This document shows, in pieces, positions 20,365 through 30,192 of a stretch of 64,000 bases of DNA (its first letter is position 1; each line of letters starts with the position of its first letter). The stretch is from assembly GCA_035623825.1 (NCBI GenBank), contig DASPSR010000048.1, positions 1 through 64,000 on the forward strand, read 5' to 3'. The notes under the pieces were generated by a model. The model was given only the letters and a program-made list of their open reading frames with translations. It was not told the DNA's origin and did no database searches. The position numbers were made by a program, and so were the translations under genes. This DNA is from Nitrospirota bacterium. Lineage in GTDB: Bacteria; Nitrospirota; UBA9217.

Positions 20365-21048
20365 TTACGGTCCGAAAAAACGCCGGTAAAAGTTCATTGC
20401 CCTTACGCGATAAGGATGATATATCCTGTTCGATTCTGCGTTCATGCTGTTCACGTCAATTCCTTTTTCGTCCTTCAGCCATTTGAAAACGATCGACGGC
20501 GTAACCTCGACATGGAACTGAAGGGCATACACTCGATTGGAGTACCGGAAGGCTTGGTTCGGATAAATGTCCGACGACGCCATACGCACGGCTCCCGCCG
20601 GCAGGTCGAAAGTATCCCCGTGCCACTGGAACACCCATGCGGCATGCCTGCCGCCATGAGCGATCTGCGACATGCAGGGGTCCTGCATCCCTTCCTCCGT
20701 CAACGCCACTTCGTACCAGCCGATCTCCTTCTTACCGCCCGGATAGACCCGTGCTCCGAGAGTATGCGCCACCATCTGTGCGCCGAGACAAACGCCGAGT
20801 ACGTGTTTGTTCGCCTTGATCGCACTCTCGATAAGAGATGCCTCATCCTTCAGAAAGGGGTACTGTTCCATCTCATAGACCGCCATAGGCCCACCCATGA
20901 TCACCAGATGTGTAAAGGTACTCAAATGCGGTGCGGCCTCGCCCCTTTCCAGATGGACTAAGGAATAGGGCAGTTTCTCTGCGCGGAGATGCTCTTCAAT
21001 CGTCCCCGGGCCCTCGCCGTCGATGTTCTTTACGATAAGTACGTTCAT
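20365..21048 (-). CDS. Class I glutamine amidotransferase-like protein
   Basis: MGGPM, LGVCLGAQ nucleophile elbow, QWHGD, LQFHVE. Confidence 0.9.
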   Translation of the reverse strand: MNVLIVKNIDGEGPGTIEEHLRAEKLPYSLVHLERGEAAPHLSTFTHLVIMGGPMAVYEMEQYPFLKDEASLIESAIKANKHVLGVCLGAQMVAHTLGARVYPGGKKEIGWYEVALTEEGMQDPCMSQIAHGGRHAAWVFQWHGDTFDLPAGAVRMASSDIYPNQAFRYSNRVYALQFHVEVTPSIVFKWLKDEKGIDVNSMNAESNRIYHPYRVRAMNFYRRFFGP

Positions 21049-21165
21049 ACGATTATGTTATAAAGCCCATAGAATCACAAATAGGCAGAAAAGCACCTGC
21101 TGATGGATCAAGGGCGTACGACGCTTAACGTTGCGTCTCCCTGCCCCAGTGACATGACAACGTAT

Positions 21166-21339
21166 TTACTTGGCATCTTTCCTCGTGAAGAACACAAATG
21201 CCATTTTCGGCCGCCGGGACGACTCGGTGGTGACAAAATGAACGCTCTCGAACAAATACCCATGCGCGGTCCAGTCGTTCAGGATCTTTTCGATCTCTTC
21301 ATCGGTCACCGTGCTCGTCTCTACGACCTTGTATTCCAT
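21166..21339 (-). CDS. Small DUF4177-like protein (57 aa)
   Basis: MEYKVVE...IEKILNDWTAHGY...FVFFTR pattern; ATG lies 6 nt after a TATAAT box. Confidence 0.75.
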   Translation of the reverse strand: MEYKVVETSTVTDEEIEKILNDWTAHGYLFESVHFVTTESSRRPKMAFVFFTRKDAK

Positions 21340-21345
21340 GCTGGT

Positions 21346-21374
21346 ATTATAATTGAGTTTAATTTTTTTTTCAA
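21346..21374 (-). promoter_or_regulatory. sigma70 promoter, leaderless, of the DUF4177-like gene
   Basis: TTGAAA-17-TATAAT-6 nt-ATG. Confidence 0.7.
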
Positions 21375-21407
21375 TCCGCAAAACGCCATCGGTCGTCCAA
21401 CTTGCTG

Positions 21408-21436
21408 TTGCTATTTGATTCCATTCTTACTATAAT
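21408..21436 (+). promoter_or_regulatory. sigma70 promoter, leaderless, of namZ
   Basis: TTGCTA-17-TATAAT-6 nt-ATG(21443). Confidence 0.7.
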
Positions 21437-21442
21437 CTCCGC

Positions 21443-22630
21443 ATGGCAGTGAATGCCCGAGGCACTTTCACCGGACTCGACCTGATTGAAAAGCACTGGC
21501 CCAAAGACCTGCGAGGCGCCCGCGCAGGACTCGTAGTGCACCCAGCATCGGTCAACCGCAGGCTTGTGCATGCTGTCTCACTTTGCATCAAATCGAAAAA
21601 GTTCGGGCTTACTGCGCTATTCGGTCCGCAGCATGGGATCATGGGCCAGACTCAGGACAACATGATCGAGTGGGAAGGGTTCCGCGATTCCGCGACAGGT
21701 CTGCCCGTTTACAGCCTCTACGGCAAGACACGCAATCCCCACCCCGGCATGCTCGAGAAGGTCGACGTACTCATCATTGACCTGCAGGATGTCGGCAGCC
21801 GTTACTACACATTCATTTGGACGCTGGGACTCTGCATGCCGACCTGCCAGGAGGCAGGGAAATCCGTTGTGGTACTCGATCGTCCGAACCCCATCGGTGG
21901 CCACATGACCGAGGGGCCCGTGCTCCATCCTGAGTATGCCTCATTCGTAGGCCTCAGGCCGCTGCCCGTGCGTCATGGAATGACAATTGGCGAAATCGGC
22001 GGGTACCTGAGGGATACTTTTAATCCCGGGCTTGACTATCGCGTCATCCACATGCAAGGATGGAAGCGTCGGATGTGGTTCGATGAAGCAGGGCTGCCAT
22101 GGGTCCTTCCGTCACCTAACATGCCAACCCTGGACACAGCCCTGGTCTATCCCGGTACGTGCCTGCTCGAAGGCACAAATATTTCAGAAGGTCGGGGGAC
22201 GACAAGGCCCTTTGAAATTTTCGGCGCGCCCTTTGTTGATGCCGAAACGATTGTGAAAGTGCTGAAGGGATATAAGCTGCCGGGTGTCGTGTTCCGGCCG
22301 CTGTCGTTCCAGCCCACATTCCAGAAACACTCGAATACGCTCTGCGGCGGTGCGCAGATCCATGTTACGGACAGAGAGAGATTCAAGCCTTTCAAGACGG
22401 GCGTCGCAATTTTGAAGGCCATCCACAACACCTATCCACGCGACTTCGCATGGAAACAACCTCCCTACGAATACGAGGAGGTCAAACTTCCAATCGATAT
22501 CCTTGTTGGCTCGGACCGGCTGCGGAAGGACATCGAGTCCTGGGTCGAGCTCGATTCCATGGAGAAATGGTGGCAGGAAGAGACGAAGGCGTTTGAGAAC
22601 ACAAGGAGAAGATTTTTGCTCTACAAGTAG
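21443..22630 (+). CDS. namZ: Exo-beta-N-acetylmuramidase NamZ family (DUF1343/YbbC)
   Basis: LFGPQHG, DLQDVGSRYYT, LDRPNP, RHGMTIGE, PSPNMP, SEGRGTTRPFE. Confidence 0.85.
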   Translation: MAVNARGTFTGLDLIEKHWPKDLRGARAGLVVHPASVNRRLVHAVSLCIKSKKFGLTALFGPQHGIMGQTQDNMIEWEGFRDSATGLPVYSLYGKTRNPHPGMLEKVDVLIIDLQDVGSRYYTFIWTLGLCMPTCQEAGKSVVVLDRPNPIGGHMTEGPVLHPEYASFVGLRPLPVRHGMTIGEIGGYLRDTFNPGLDYRVIHMQGWKRRMWFDEAGLPWVLPSPNMPTLDTALVYPGTCLLEGTNISEGRGTTRPFEIFGAPFVDAETIVKVLKGYKLPGVVFRPLSFQPTFQKHSNTLCGGAQIHVTDRERFKPFKTGVAILKAIHNTYPRDFAWKQPPYEYEEVKLPIDILVGSDRLRKDIESWVELDSMEKWWQEETKAFENTRRRFLLYK

Positions 22631-22659
22631 CGCGAGCGGACTGCTAATAACAATCGCCT

Positions 22660-24627
22660 ATGGTAAAGTACAATATAGCCATATTCCTCCCCTCCGCCGG
22701 TCTCGGCGAGCGGCTCAGGCCGATCACGAACCACCTCCCCAAGCCCTTGCTCCCGATCCTGGGAAAACCTATTATCGAGGGGATCCTCGAGAAGCTCACT
22801 GCCGTCTGTACGGGCAGAATCGGCGTCAACTTGCACTACAAACCTGAAATGATCCGTGACTGGATTGAGAGGTCTCCGTATGCGGATCGGGTCACCTACT
22901 TTCCCGAAGACCCCATCCTCGGCACCGGCGGCGCCCTCAAGAATGCGGAGGAATTTCTTGCGAACGGCCACTTCGTCGTGCACAACTCGGATATTCTTTT
23001 GGACATCGATTTCGCACGACTTGTCGAAACCCATCTCTCCTCGGGAAACATCGCCTCTCTTGTCACGCACAAACATCCAAAACTCAGCAACGTCGTTGTC
23101 GACGAGAGCGGGTATGTCCTGGATGTGGAGAACCCCGGCGATTCCAGACCGAACCCGGACAGGATTGCGAGAAAGGTCGCCTATACCGGCATTGCCCTTT
23201 ACTCACCGGAAATCCTGAAATTCCTGCCGCCGGGCGTATCGCATGCGACCGTCGCCTGGATGGGTGCGGCGAAAGCCGGACAAAAAGTCCAAGCGCTCGA
23301 TTTCACCGGCAGTTACTGGCTTGACATCGGCAATCCGGCAACCTATGCATCAGGAATCCTCGATTCGCTGGGGAAAAACGGTGAAACAGTCTTTTTGTCT
23401 CCGACGGCGAAATGCGGCAGCATCGAAATAAACGGCTATGTGGTAGTGGAGGGGAAAGCGAACATCCATGACGGCACAAGGCTCAGGAACTGCATCGTCA
23501 TGCCCGGCGCCCAGGTATCAGGCGAGCACGAGAATAGGATCCTCGGTCCGGATTATACCATCGACCTCGATGAAGCCGAGATGCAGCCCGGTTTCCACGC
23601 AATAGAACAGAAACGGGTTACTCTGTCCGATCCATTGTTTGCGTGCCACTTCGACATGAACGGGCAGCCTGTTACCCCTGATAAGAACGATCAGGCCGAG
23701 GCAATACTGATTGGCCTCGGCGGTTCGGATCGGCGTTACTTCCGCGTGCGGAATGACGGCAGGACCGCCGTGCTCCTGGAATGCAAACCTGACGACCAGG
23801 ACTACGAACGCCATCTCGTCTATACCCGATTTTTCGCGGCCCATTCCGTGCCGGTTCCCGGACTCATCGCAACAGACATCGCACGCAAGAAGGCCCTGTT
23901 CCATGATCTGGGGGATACAAGCCTCTACTCATACCTGAAGATCCCGCACAGCGGCGCGCACGTTTACGATGTCTACTGCAGCGTGCTCGACATCCTGGTC
24001 AAATTCCATACCCGGGTAACCGAACATGTTCATGAATGTCCCCTCCTCCAAGCGCGGATATTCGATTACGATTATCTCCTGTGGGAGACAGGATACTTCC
24101 TCGAGAGATTCGTCGTCGGCTTGAAGAAGCTCCCGCTGGACCACAAGCAGGCCTTGGAGGAAGAATTCCATCGGCTCGCGATGACGGTGGACGCCTATCC
24201 CAAAAGTGTAATCCACCGTGATTTTCAATGCCAGAATATCATGATCACCAAGGGAGGCATCCCGCACGTCATAGACTACCAGGGAGCGCGCATGGCCCCC
24301 GTCGCATACGATATCGCCTCAGTCCTTTGGGACCCTTACCATCGGCTCGACAACGGCGTTCGTGAGAGGTTAATAGAATACTACATCAGCGAAATGAAAA
24401 GGCATTTAGCCGGGTTCAACGAATCGCTGTTTAAAGAGGGTCTCGTCCCCTGCCGTCTCCAGCGCCACATGCAGGCTCTTGGAGCTTACGGATTTCTGTC
24501 CGTCGTCAAAGGGAAGAAATATTTTCTGAAACACATCCCCGAAGCGCTTAGACTACTGAAGGAAGATGCTGCCGCTGTGAAAAAGGAATTCCCGGAACTG
24601 CACAAGCTGATGAACAGGTTAGAATGA
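22660..24627 (+). CDS. Fusion of MurU-like nucleotidyltransferase (N-terminal) and AmgK-like sugar kinase (C-terminal)
   Basis: N-terminal half: AGLGERLRPITNHLPKPL and ILGTGG. C-terminal half: GGSDRRYFR, DLGD, HRDFQCQNIM, IDYQGA, LQRHMQALGAYGFL. Confidence 0.8.
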   Translation: MVKYNIAIFLPSAGLGERLRPITNHLPKPLLPILGKPIIEGILEKLTAVCTGRIGVNLHYKPEMIRDWIERSPYADRVTYFPEDPILGTGGALKNAEEFLANGHFVVHNSDILLDIDFARLVETHLSSGNIASLVTHKHPKLSNVVVDESGYVLDVENPGDSRPNPDRIARKVAYTGIALYSPEILKFLPPGVSHATVAWMGAAKAGQKVQALDFTGSYWLDIGNPATYASGILDSLGKNGETVFLSPTAKCGSIEINGYVVVEGKANIHDGTRLRNCIVMPGAQVSGEHENRILGPDYTIDLDEAEMQPGFHAIEQKRVTLSDPLFACHFDMNGQPVTPDKNDQAEAILIGLGGSDRRYFRVRNDGRTAVLLECKPDDQDYERHLVYTRFFAAHSVPVPGLIATDIARKKALFHDLGDTSLYSYLKIPHSGAHVYDVYCSVLDILVKFHTRVTEHVHECPLLQARIFDYDYLLWETGYFLERFVVGLKKLPLDHKQALEEEFHRLAMTVDAYPKSVIHRDFQCQNIMITKGGIPHVIDYQGARMAPVAYDIASVLWDPYHRLDNGVRERLIEYYISEMKRHLAGFNESLFKEGLVPCRLQRHMQALGAYGFLSVVKGKKYFLKHIPEALRLLKEDAAAVKKEFPELHKLMNRLE

Positions 24628-24826
24628 TTTACAGCCCAGGAGCGTTTGCCCGCAGCAAACTGAACGAAGGAGAAGATTTCGCATGGGGATTGCGGGCTCA
24701 TTTTTGATCGGATCAAGAAATCCTCAGACGTTTTGAGAGCACGAGAGAAAATAACGGGCAAGATAAGAAGAGTTGGATCTGATCATGAACAAATTCGAAG
24801 ATGTGAATTAACTCGTGGGGGTTTAT

Positions 24827-24955
24827 ATGGATCGGCGATCGGGCCAGGATCGGAGAAAGTCAATCAGTCCCAGTTACAAAGGTCGAGAGCGGAGAAGCGG
24901 GAAAGAGAGAAGGTCTGAGAGTGACCGCAGAAAATCCAATTTCTATGGCGTTTGA
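24827..24955 (+). CDS. Small 42-aa (D/E)RR-repeat peptide, not in the ORF track
   Basis: MDRRSGQDRRKSISPSYKGRERRSGKERRSESDRRKSNFYGV; GGGGG SD-like run 5 nt upstream; five (D/E)RR units. Confidence 0.65.
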   Translation: MDRRSGQDRRKSISPSYKGRERRSGKERRSESDRRKSNFYGV

Positions 24956-25101
24956 AAACGCTATCGGGGTCTGACCGTTCTTATGCGAATCGCAAAAAAA
25001 AGCAACGAATTCGAATGCACGTGGTAGCAAAGCAACTAAAGAAGCCGCTGTCGATCATGCTGGCAACGCCTGAAACACTCACAGAGGACATTTTTTAAAA
25101 C

Positions 25102-25635
25102 TTAATCCCCCTCGAACTCCGTCAACGCAAAGACCTTATACCCCTTTTCGAGCAATTTCTTTTTCCCTCCCACATCGGGCAAGTCCACGATGAAGGCAAT
25201 CTCGACCACTTTTGCGCCCAGCTTTTCGACGAGAGCCGCAGCGGCCAAGGCCGTACCACCGGTAGCCAGAAGATCATCAACGAGGATCACACGTTCGCCC
25301 TTCTTCAGCGCATCCTTATGGATCTCGATACTGTCCGTGCCGTACTCGAGAGCGTATTCCTGGGATTCGACATCAGCCGGAAGCTTTCCCTTCTTCCGAA
25401 TGGGAATGAAACCTTTCCCGAGCGTGTAAGCCAATGCTGATCCGATAATAAAGCCGCGCGATTCGATCCCCACGATCGTGTCGAAATCAAAGTCTCCATG
25501 AATATACCGCTGGGTCAGGCTGTCGATGACCAGCCGAAACCCGACAGGGTCCTTGATGAGCGTTGTAATGTCGCGGAACATGATCCCCTTCTTTGGATAA
25601 TCCGGTATGGTCCTTATTCTTGATTTGATCGTCAT
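25102..25635 (-). CDS. apt: Adenine phosphoribosyltransferase
   Basis: IPDYPKKGIMFRDIT, LEYG, PRPP motif VDDLLATGGT; AGGAGG RBS. Confidence 0.97.
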   Translation of the reverse strand: MTIKSRIRTIPDYPKKGIMFRDITTLIKDPVGFRLVIDSLTQRYIHGDFDFDTIVGIESRGFIIGSALAYTLGKGFIPIRKKGKLPADVESQEYALEYGTDSIEIHKDALKKGERVILVDDLLATGGTALAAAALVEKLGAKVVEIAFIVDLPDVGGKKKLLEKGYKVFALTEFEGD

Positions 25636-25739
25636 CGATCCTCCTTCTTTGTCCCCGCACACGCGCGCAGACCATGGAGAATTTGAGTTTCGGATCGTAA
25701 ATGATTTCCTGCCGTTCTTTGCATCTGTGCGTGATATGG

Positions 25740-26321
25740 TCAGCAGGATTCATCCTCGACGCCAACAGCCTCGTTATATTGCTCCACGCCGATCCGGTAC
25801 AGATCCTCGCCGTACACATCGTTTACCACCACGGCTGGAAAGTCCTCAACCTCGAGTTTCATGATGGCCTCGGTCCCGAGATCGGGATAGGCGATGACAT
25901 CGGCCTTCCTGATCGTTTTTGAAATAAGCGCGCCCGCCCCGCCGATTGCCGCGAAATACACAGCCTTGTGCTTTTTGATTGCATCCTTCACCTCTTGACC
26001 GCGCGGCCCTTTACCGATCATGCCCTTAAGCCCGAGTTCGATGAGATAGGGAGTGTACTTATCTAAACGATAGCTCGTGGTCGGTCCCGCTGACCCGATG
26101 GGCTTACCCGGAGGGGCGGGGGTGGGCCCGGTATAGTAGAGTATCTGCCCTTTGACATCGAACGGCAGGGGCTCACCCTTTTTATGGCCTTCCACCATGT
26201 ATTTGTGCGCCATATCCCTCGCAGTGTAAATCACGCCGCTAATAACCACGCGGTCACCGGCCTTGAGCTTTTCGATAATGTCATCCGTCAGCGGAGGTTG
26301 TATCTTAACGGGGTCATCCAC
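25740..26321 (-). CDS. Fe-S fumarate hydratase (class I), beta subunit
   Basis: TARDMAH, GPTTSYR, MIGKG motifs. Confidence 0.92.
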   Translation of the reverse strand: MDDPVKIQPPLTDDIIEKLKAGDRVVISGVIYTARDMAHKYMVEGHKKGEPLPFDVKGQILYYTGPTPAPPGKPIGSAGPTTSYRLDKYTPYLIELGLKGMIGKGPRGQEVKDAIKKHKAVYFAAIGGAGALISKTIRKADVIAYPDLGTEAIMKLEVEDFPAVVVNDVYGEDLYRIGVEQYNEAVGVEDESC

Positions 26322-26420
26322 GCTTTACCTCCAGTGGCACAGCGCACAGAACGGGGCATGAGGTGTGCACCCAGCCTCCTTGCGTCTTACACCAAAGACT
26401 CCCTGCTCAAAGCCCCCGCT

Positions 26421-27260
26421 CTACAAAACTATCGTCTTATGCCTCGCAGCGTGGCAGTTGATGTTCACCGCTACGGGAAGACTTGCAATGTGGCACGGGA
26501 AGCTCTCAACGTGCACGGCCATGGCCGTCACTTTGCCTCCGAGCCCTTCGGGGCCGATGCCTGTCTTGTTCACGGCCTTGAGCAGCGTCTCTTCGAAAGA
26601 TGCGAGTTCCAGCCTTGGGTTCGGACTGCCGACGGGCCGAAGGAGCGCCTTCTTCGCGATGACCGCGGCCTTCTCGAAATCGCCGCCGATGCCTACGCCG
26701 ATCACGACCGGCGGACACGGATTCGCCCCCGCCTTTCGCACGCACTCGAGCACGAAGTTCTTGATGCCCTCGACGCCCTCGGTCGGCCGGAGCATCCGTA
26801 TCACGCTCATATTCTCGCTTCCCGCACCTTTTGGCATGAACGATATCTTGAGTTTGTCGCCGGGCACGAGTTCGGTATAGATGATGGCCGGTGTATTGTC
26901 GCCGGTGTTCTTCCTCGTGATTGGGTCCACTACGGACTTCCTGAGGTAGCCTTCTCGATACCCCTTGCGAACCCCTTCGTTGATGGCATCGACGATAAAG
27001 CCGTTCTTGATCCGGAGGTCCTGGCCGATCTCCACAAAAAAGATGGCAATGCCCGTGTCCTGGCAGAGCGGGATGCGGTCTTCTCTCGCGATACGGGCAT
27101 TCTCCTTCAGAAGCTCGATGATCTCTTTCGCCCCCGGAGCGGTCTCGGTTTCTATTGCGCGATCGAATGCCATGAGCACATCGTCGCTCAGGTTGTAAGC
27201 GGCATCGATGCAGATCTGGGCAATACTGTCTCTGATTTCTTCTATATGAATTTCGCGCAT
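26421..27260 (-). CDS. Fe-S fumarate hydratase (class I), alpha subunit
   Basis: PLCQDTG, KGAGSEN, NPCPP, CHIAS, NCHAAR. Confidence 0.92.
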   Translation of the reverse strand: MREIHIEEIRDSIAQICIDAAYNLSDDVLMAFDRAIETETAPGAKEIIELLKENARIAREDRIPLCQDTGIAIFFVEIGQDLRIKNGFIVDAINEGVRKGYREGYLRKSVVDPITRKNTGDNTPAIIYTELVPGDKLKISFMPKGAGSENMSVIRMLRPTEGVEGIKNFVLECVRKAGANPCPPVVIGVGIGGDFEKAAVIAKKALLRPVGSPNPRLELASFEETLLKAVNKTGIGPEGLGGKVTAMAVHVESFPCHIASLPVAVNINCHAARHKTIVL

Positions 27261-28165
27261 CCCGCCCTCACCGCATCAACAGACTTCATGAATGCCGCGT
27301 TCTCGTCAGCGTTCAGCGTGATCTCAATCACCTGCTCCACCCCCTTTGCGCCGACTTTCACCGGTACGCCTGCAAACATGCCTTTCACCCCGTATTCCCC
27401 CTCGAGGTAGGTGGAACAGGGGAGGATCTTCTTCTTGTCCAGAAGCACGCACTCGACCATCTCGAGCGTAGCTGCCGAGGGCGCATAATAGGCGCTCCCC
27501 GTCTTGAGCAGCGCCACGATCTCAGCGCCACCGTTCCGCGTACGCTGCACAAGCCGGTTGATCTGGTCCTCGTGCATGAGCTCCGTGATCGGGATCCCTG
27601 CTACCGTCGAATAGCGCGGAAGCGGGACCATGGTATCGCCATGTCCACCAAGCACGAAGGCATGCGTATTTTCCACGGACACGCCGAGCTCAAGGGCGAT
27701 GAAAGTCCGGAACCGGGCGGAGTCCAGCACTCCACCCATGCCGATGACTCGCTCCCTGGGGAAGCCGCTCGCCCTCATGGCCACAAAGGCCATGACGTCC
27801 ATAGGATTCGTCACCACGATCATGATGGCATTCGAGGAACGGAGTGAAGTCTCCTGGGCGACCTTTCTCACGATGTCTCCGTTCGCCGCGAGCAGGTCGT
27901 CACGGCTCATACCCGGCTTCCTCGCCAGCCCTGCCGTAATCACTATTATATCAGAATCGCCCGTCTCATCATACCCGTTCGAGCCGGTGACTTTCGAGTC
28001 GTACCCGAGCACCGGACCCGCCTCCAGAAGATCAAGCCCCTTCCCTTGCGGCACGCCTTCCACGACGTCCATGAGCACCACATCAGCGAGCCCTGTCTCC
28101 GCGATCCTCTGCGCAAGGGTCGATCCCACGTGTCCCGCCCCAGCAATCGTCACTTTTTTCCGCAC
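27242..28165 (-). CDS. mdh: Malate dehydrogenase (LDH-like)
   Basis: [31 protein letters not shown] start at 28165 after GGAGG. Confidence 0.95.
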   Translation of the reverse strand: MRKKVTIAGAGHVGSTLAQRIAETGLADVVLMDVVEGVPQGKGLDLLEAGPVLGYDSKVTGSNGYDETGDSDIIVITAGLARKPGMSRDDLLAANGDIVRKVAQETSLRSSNAIMIVVTNPMDVMAFVAMRASGFPRERVIGMGGVLDSARFRTFIALELGVSVENTHAFVLGGHGDTMVPLPRYSTVAGIPITELMHEDQINRLVQRTRNGGAEIVALLKTGSAYYAPSAATLEMVECVLLDKKKILPCSTYLEGEYGVKGMFAGVPVKVGAKGVEQVIEITLNADENAAFMKSVDAVRAGCAKFI

Positions 28166-28243
28166 GCGAACACCTCCGAAAAGCGGGCAGAGGACAAAGA
28201 GCAGAGTGTAAAAATGTACGCCATGCTCCATGCGCCCGGCACG

Positions 28244-29533
28244 TCACAGTTTCGTAATTTTTATCTTGCTTATCTTCCTGCCGTCGAGCTCGAGGACCTC
28301 GAACTTAAGATTCTTATATTTGAGCTGCTCTCCCACTTTGGGCATCCTGCCGAAAAGTCCGAACACGATCCCGCCGAGAGTGTTGAAGTCCTTGGACTGC
28401 AGGTTGGTTTCGAGCAGTTCGTTCACCTCGTCTATCGCTGACTGACCCGACACTACGAAGTTTTTTTCGTCGACGATCTGCACTTCCTTCTCTGCGGTCT
28501 CGAGCTCATCGTGGATACTGCCTACTATTTCCTCGATCAGGTCTTCAAGAGTGACAAGTCCCGCCGTACCGCCGAATTCGTCGATGACGATGGCAAGTTG
28601 AAACCTCTCCTGCTGCATTTCGGAAAGGAGTTCGCTCACGCGTTTGTTCTCGGGGATGAAGTACGCCGGCCTGATGAACCGTTGGATATCGTCCTCGCGC
28701 TTTACCTCGCCGGCCGACATGGCAACAAGAATGTCTTTGATGTAGAGGATGCCGATGACCGTATCGATGGTGTTTTCGATCACCGGGTAGCGCGAGTAAC
28801 CGAATTCGGACACAAGGCTCAACACTTCCTTGAGCGTGGCATACGACGGCACACTGACGATCTCTGTACGCGGCCGCATGGCTTCCGAAGCCAAAGTATC
28901 GCCGAACTCGAATACCTTATGGAGCAGTTCCTTTTCCTCCTCCTTGAGCGAACCGCCCTCTTCCCCGAGGTTGATCATAGCCTTGATGTCCTCTTCCGTG
29001 ACCACCGCGGTGCAGGACATGCCCTGCGGCCCGGGCCCGGCAAAGGAGTCGGCGACCATCGCCAGCAGGCGCGCCACCGGCGAGACAATCCTCATGACGA
29101 AGAGCATAGGATAAGCAACGATGAGCGCAAGACGATCGGGATTCCGAGCAGCCAGTCCCTTCGGCGCGAGCTTGGACACCAGGACGACAATCATACTGGT
29201 GGCGATCGCAGAAGCCGACACGGCCAAAGTAGTCCCGGCGAAAAGATGCATGGCGATAACCGTACCCAGGGCTGCGGCAAGGACAATGAAGAAATTCTCC
29301 GCAAGCAAGAGTGTGCTGTGCAGGCGATTTCTTTCCTCAAGAAGTCGGACGACAGCGGTCGCGCGCGCATTTCCTGTTTCAGACAGCTGTCTGATGTGCG
29401 CTTTGTTCGCAAACACAATGGCTGTCTCCGAAGCCGCAAAAAAGGCAGCGAGAAGAACGCTGGCACCAGCCAGTGCGGCAAGCAGCCAGTGATAGGCTAA
29501 AAATTCAAAGAAAGCACCCATGGAATTGACCAT
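28244..29533 (-). CDS. CNNM/HlyC-CorC family membrane protein (DUF21-CBS-CorC)
   Basis: AFFAASETA, CBS pair (YSRYPV; IDEFGGTAGLVTLEDLIEEIVG), CorC C-terminal domain. Confidence 0.92.
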   Translation of the reverse strand: MVNSMGAFFEFLAYHWLLAALAGASVLLAAFFAASETAIVFANKAHIRQLSETGNARATAVVRLLEERNRLHSTLLLAENFFIVLAAALGTVIAMHLFAGTTLAVSASAIATSMIVVLVSKLAPKGLAARNPDRLALIVAYPMLFVMRIVSPVARLLAMVADSFAGPGPQGMSCTAVVTEEDIKAMINLGEEGGSLKEEEKELLHKVFEFGDTLASEAMRPRTEIVSVPSYATLKEVLSLVSEFGYSRYPVIENTIDTVIGILYIKDILVAMSAGEVKREDDIQRFIRPAYFIPENKRVSELLSEMQQERFQLAIVIDEFGGTAGLVTLEDLIEEIVGSIHDELETAEKEVQIVDEKNFVVSGQSAIDEVNELLETNLQSKDFNTLGGIVFGLFGRMPKVGEQLKYKNLKFEVLELDGRKISKIKITKL

Positions 29534-29840
29534 CCTGCATGGCCCAGGAGAAGGTGTCGTCTTCGGTTTCTCGTCTCAATGCTTCCCCCAGATGCCTGAA
29601 GTATTATTTTTCCCCTCGATCTGAACACCCCATCGAAGGTAGTTTCGCCGTTCTTAGTTTTCCGGGCCGCTGTTTTGTTCAGCATGCTCCATACGCCCGG
29701 CCTGCTTCTTGATAGGCTCGGCACCGCTCGGTGCGGCCTGTGGCCGTCATCCGCCGCTGAGCATTCGTCCGACAGCGACTACAAGTATCATTATACACGC
29801 AAATTAACATTAATCGCACTCTGAGAAATACTTGTTAAAT

Positions 29841-29866
29841 ATAAAAGGCCCCCTCAGAGGGGGGCC
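29841..29866 (-). terminator. Rho-independent terminator of the small lipoprotein gene
   Basis: Minus strand reads GGCCCCC-CTCTGA-GGGGGCC-TTTTAT. Confidence 0.75.
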
Positions 29867-29902
29867 GTGCTTGCCGCAATACCTGTAACGCGAACATGAC
29901 AC

Positions 29903-30100
29903 TTACTTTTTAGCAGGCTTTTCCGGAGCCGGAGCTGGCATAGGCGCCGGAGCTGGAGCCGGCGCAGGCGCCGGGGCTGGAGGGACAACAACAGGCTGCT
30001 GCTCAGCCGGTTTTGGTGCCTCAGCCTTTTTCTCGCATCCAACGAGAGCAAACGTAAAAACGAATACCAGGGCCAATATGAAAGCAATGTATTTTTTCAT
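29903..30100 (-). CDS. Small Pro/Ala-rich lipoprotein (65 aa)
   Basis: Signal peptide with lipobox LVG-C, (PA)n tract, AAGGAGGTG RBS, own terminator. Confidence 0.85.
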   Translation of the reverse strand: MKKYIAFILALVFVFTFALVGCEKKAEAPKPAEQQPVVVPPAPAPAPAPAPAPMPAPAPEKPAKK

Positions 30101-30192
30101 CGACCGTCACCTCCTTTCGCGTAGGGAATAACAGAGAATAACCATACGGATGGAATCGTATATTTATTAAAGAAGGAATACTTGCACCACTT

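Noticed and set aside
24700-24720. Search for sigma54 -24/-12 promoters for the NtrX-like regulator (near-matches upstream of 24827 and 30100)
   Set aside because: The candidates lack the invariant GG or GC dinucleotide.
25700-25745. Fumarase beta subunit ending in Cys-TGA as a possible further Sec site
   Set aside because: The protein is already full length, the downstream frame is not family-like, and no SECIS-like hairpin is evident.
26184-27410. 408-aa plus-strand ORF and similar long antisense ORFs (28511..29500, 34024..35067, 38930..40015)
   Set aside because: They mirror well-supported minus-strand genes, as expected in GC-rich codon-biased DNA, and have no domain motifs.
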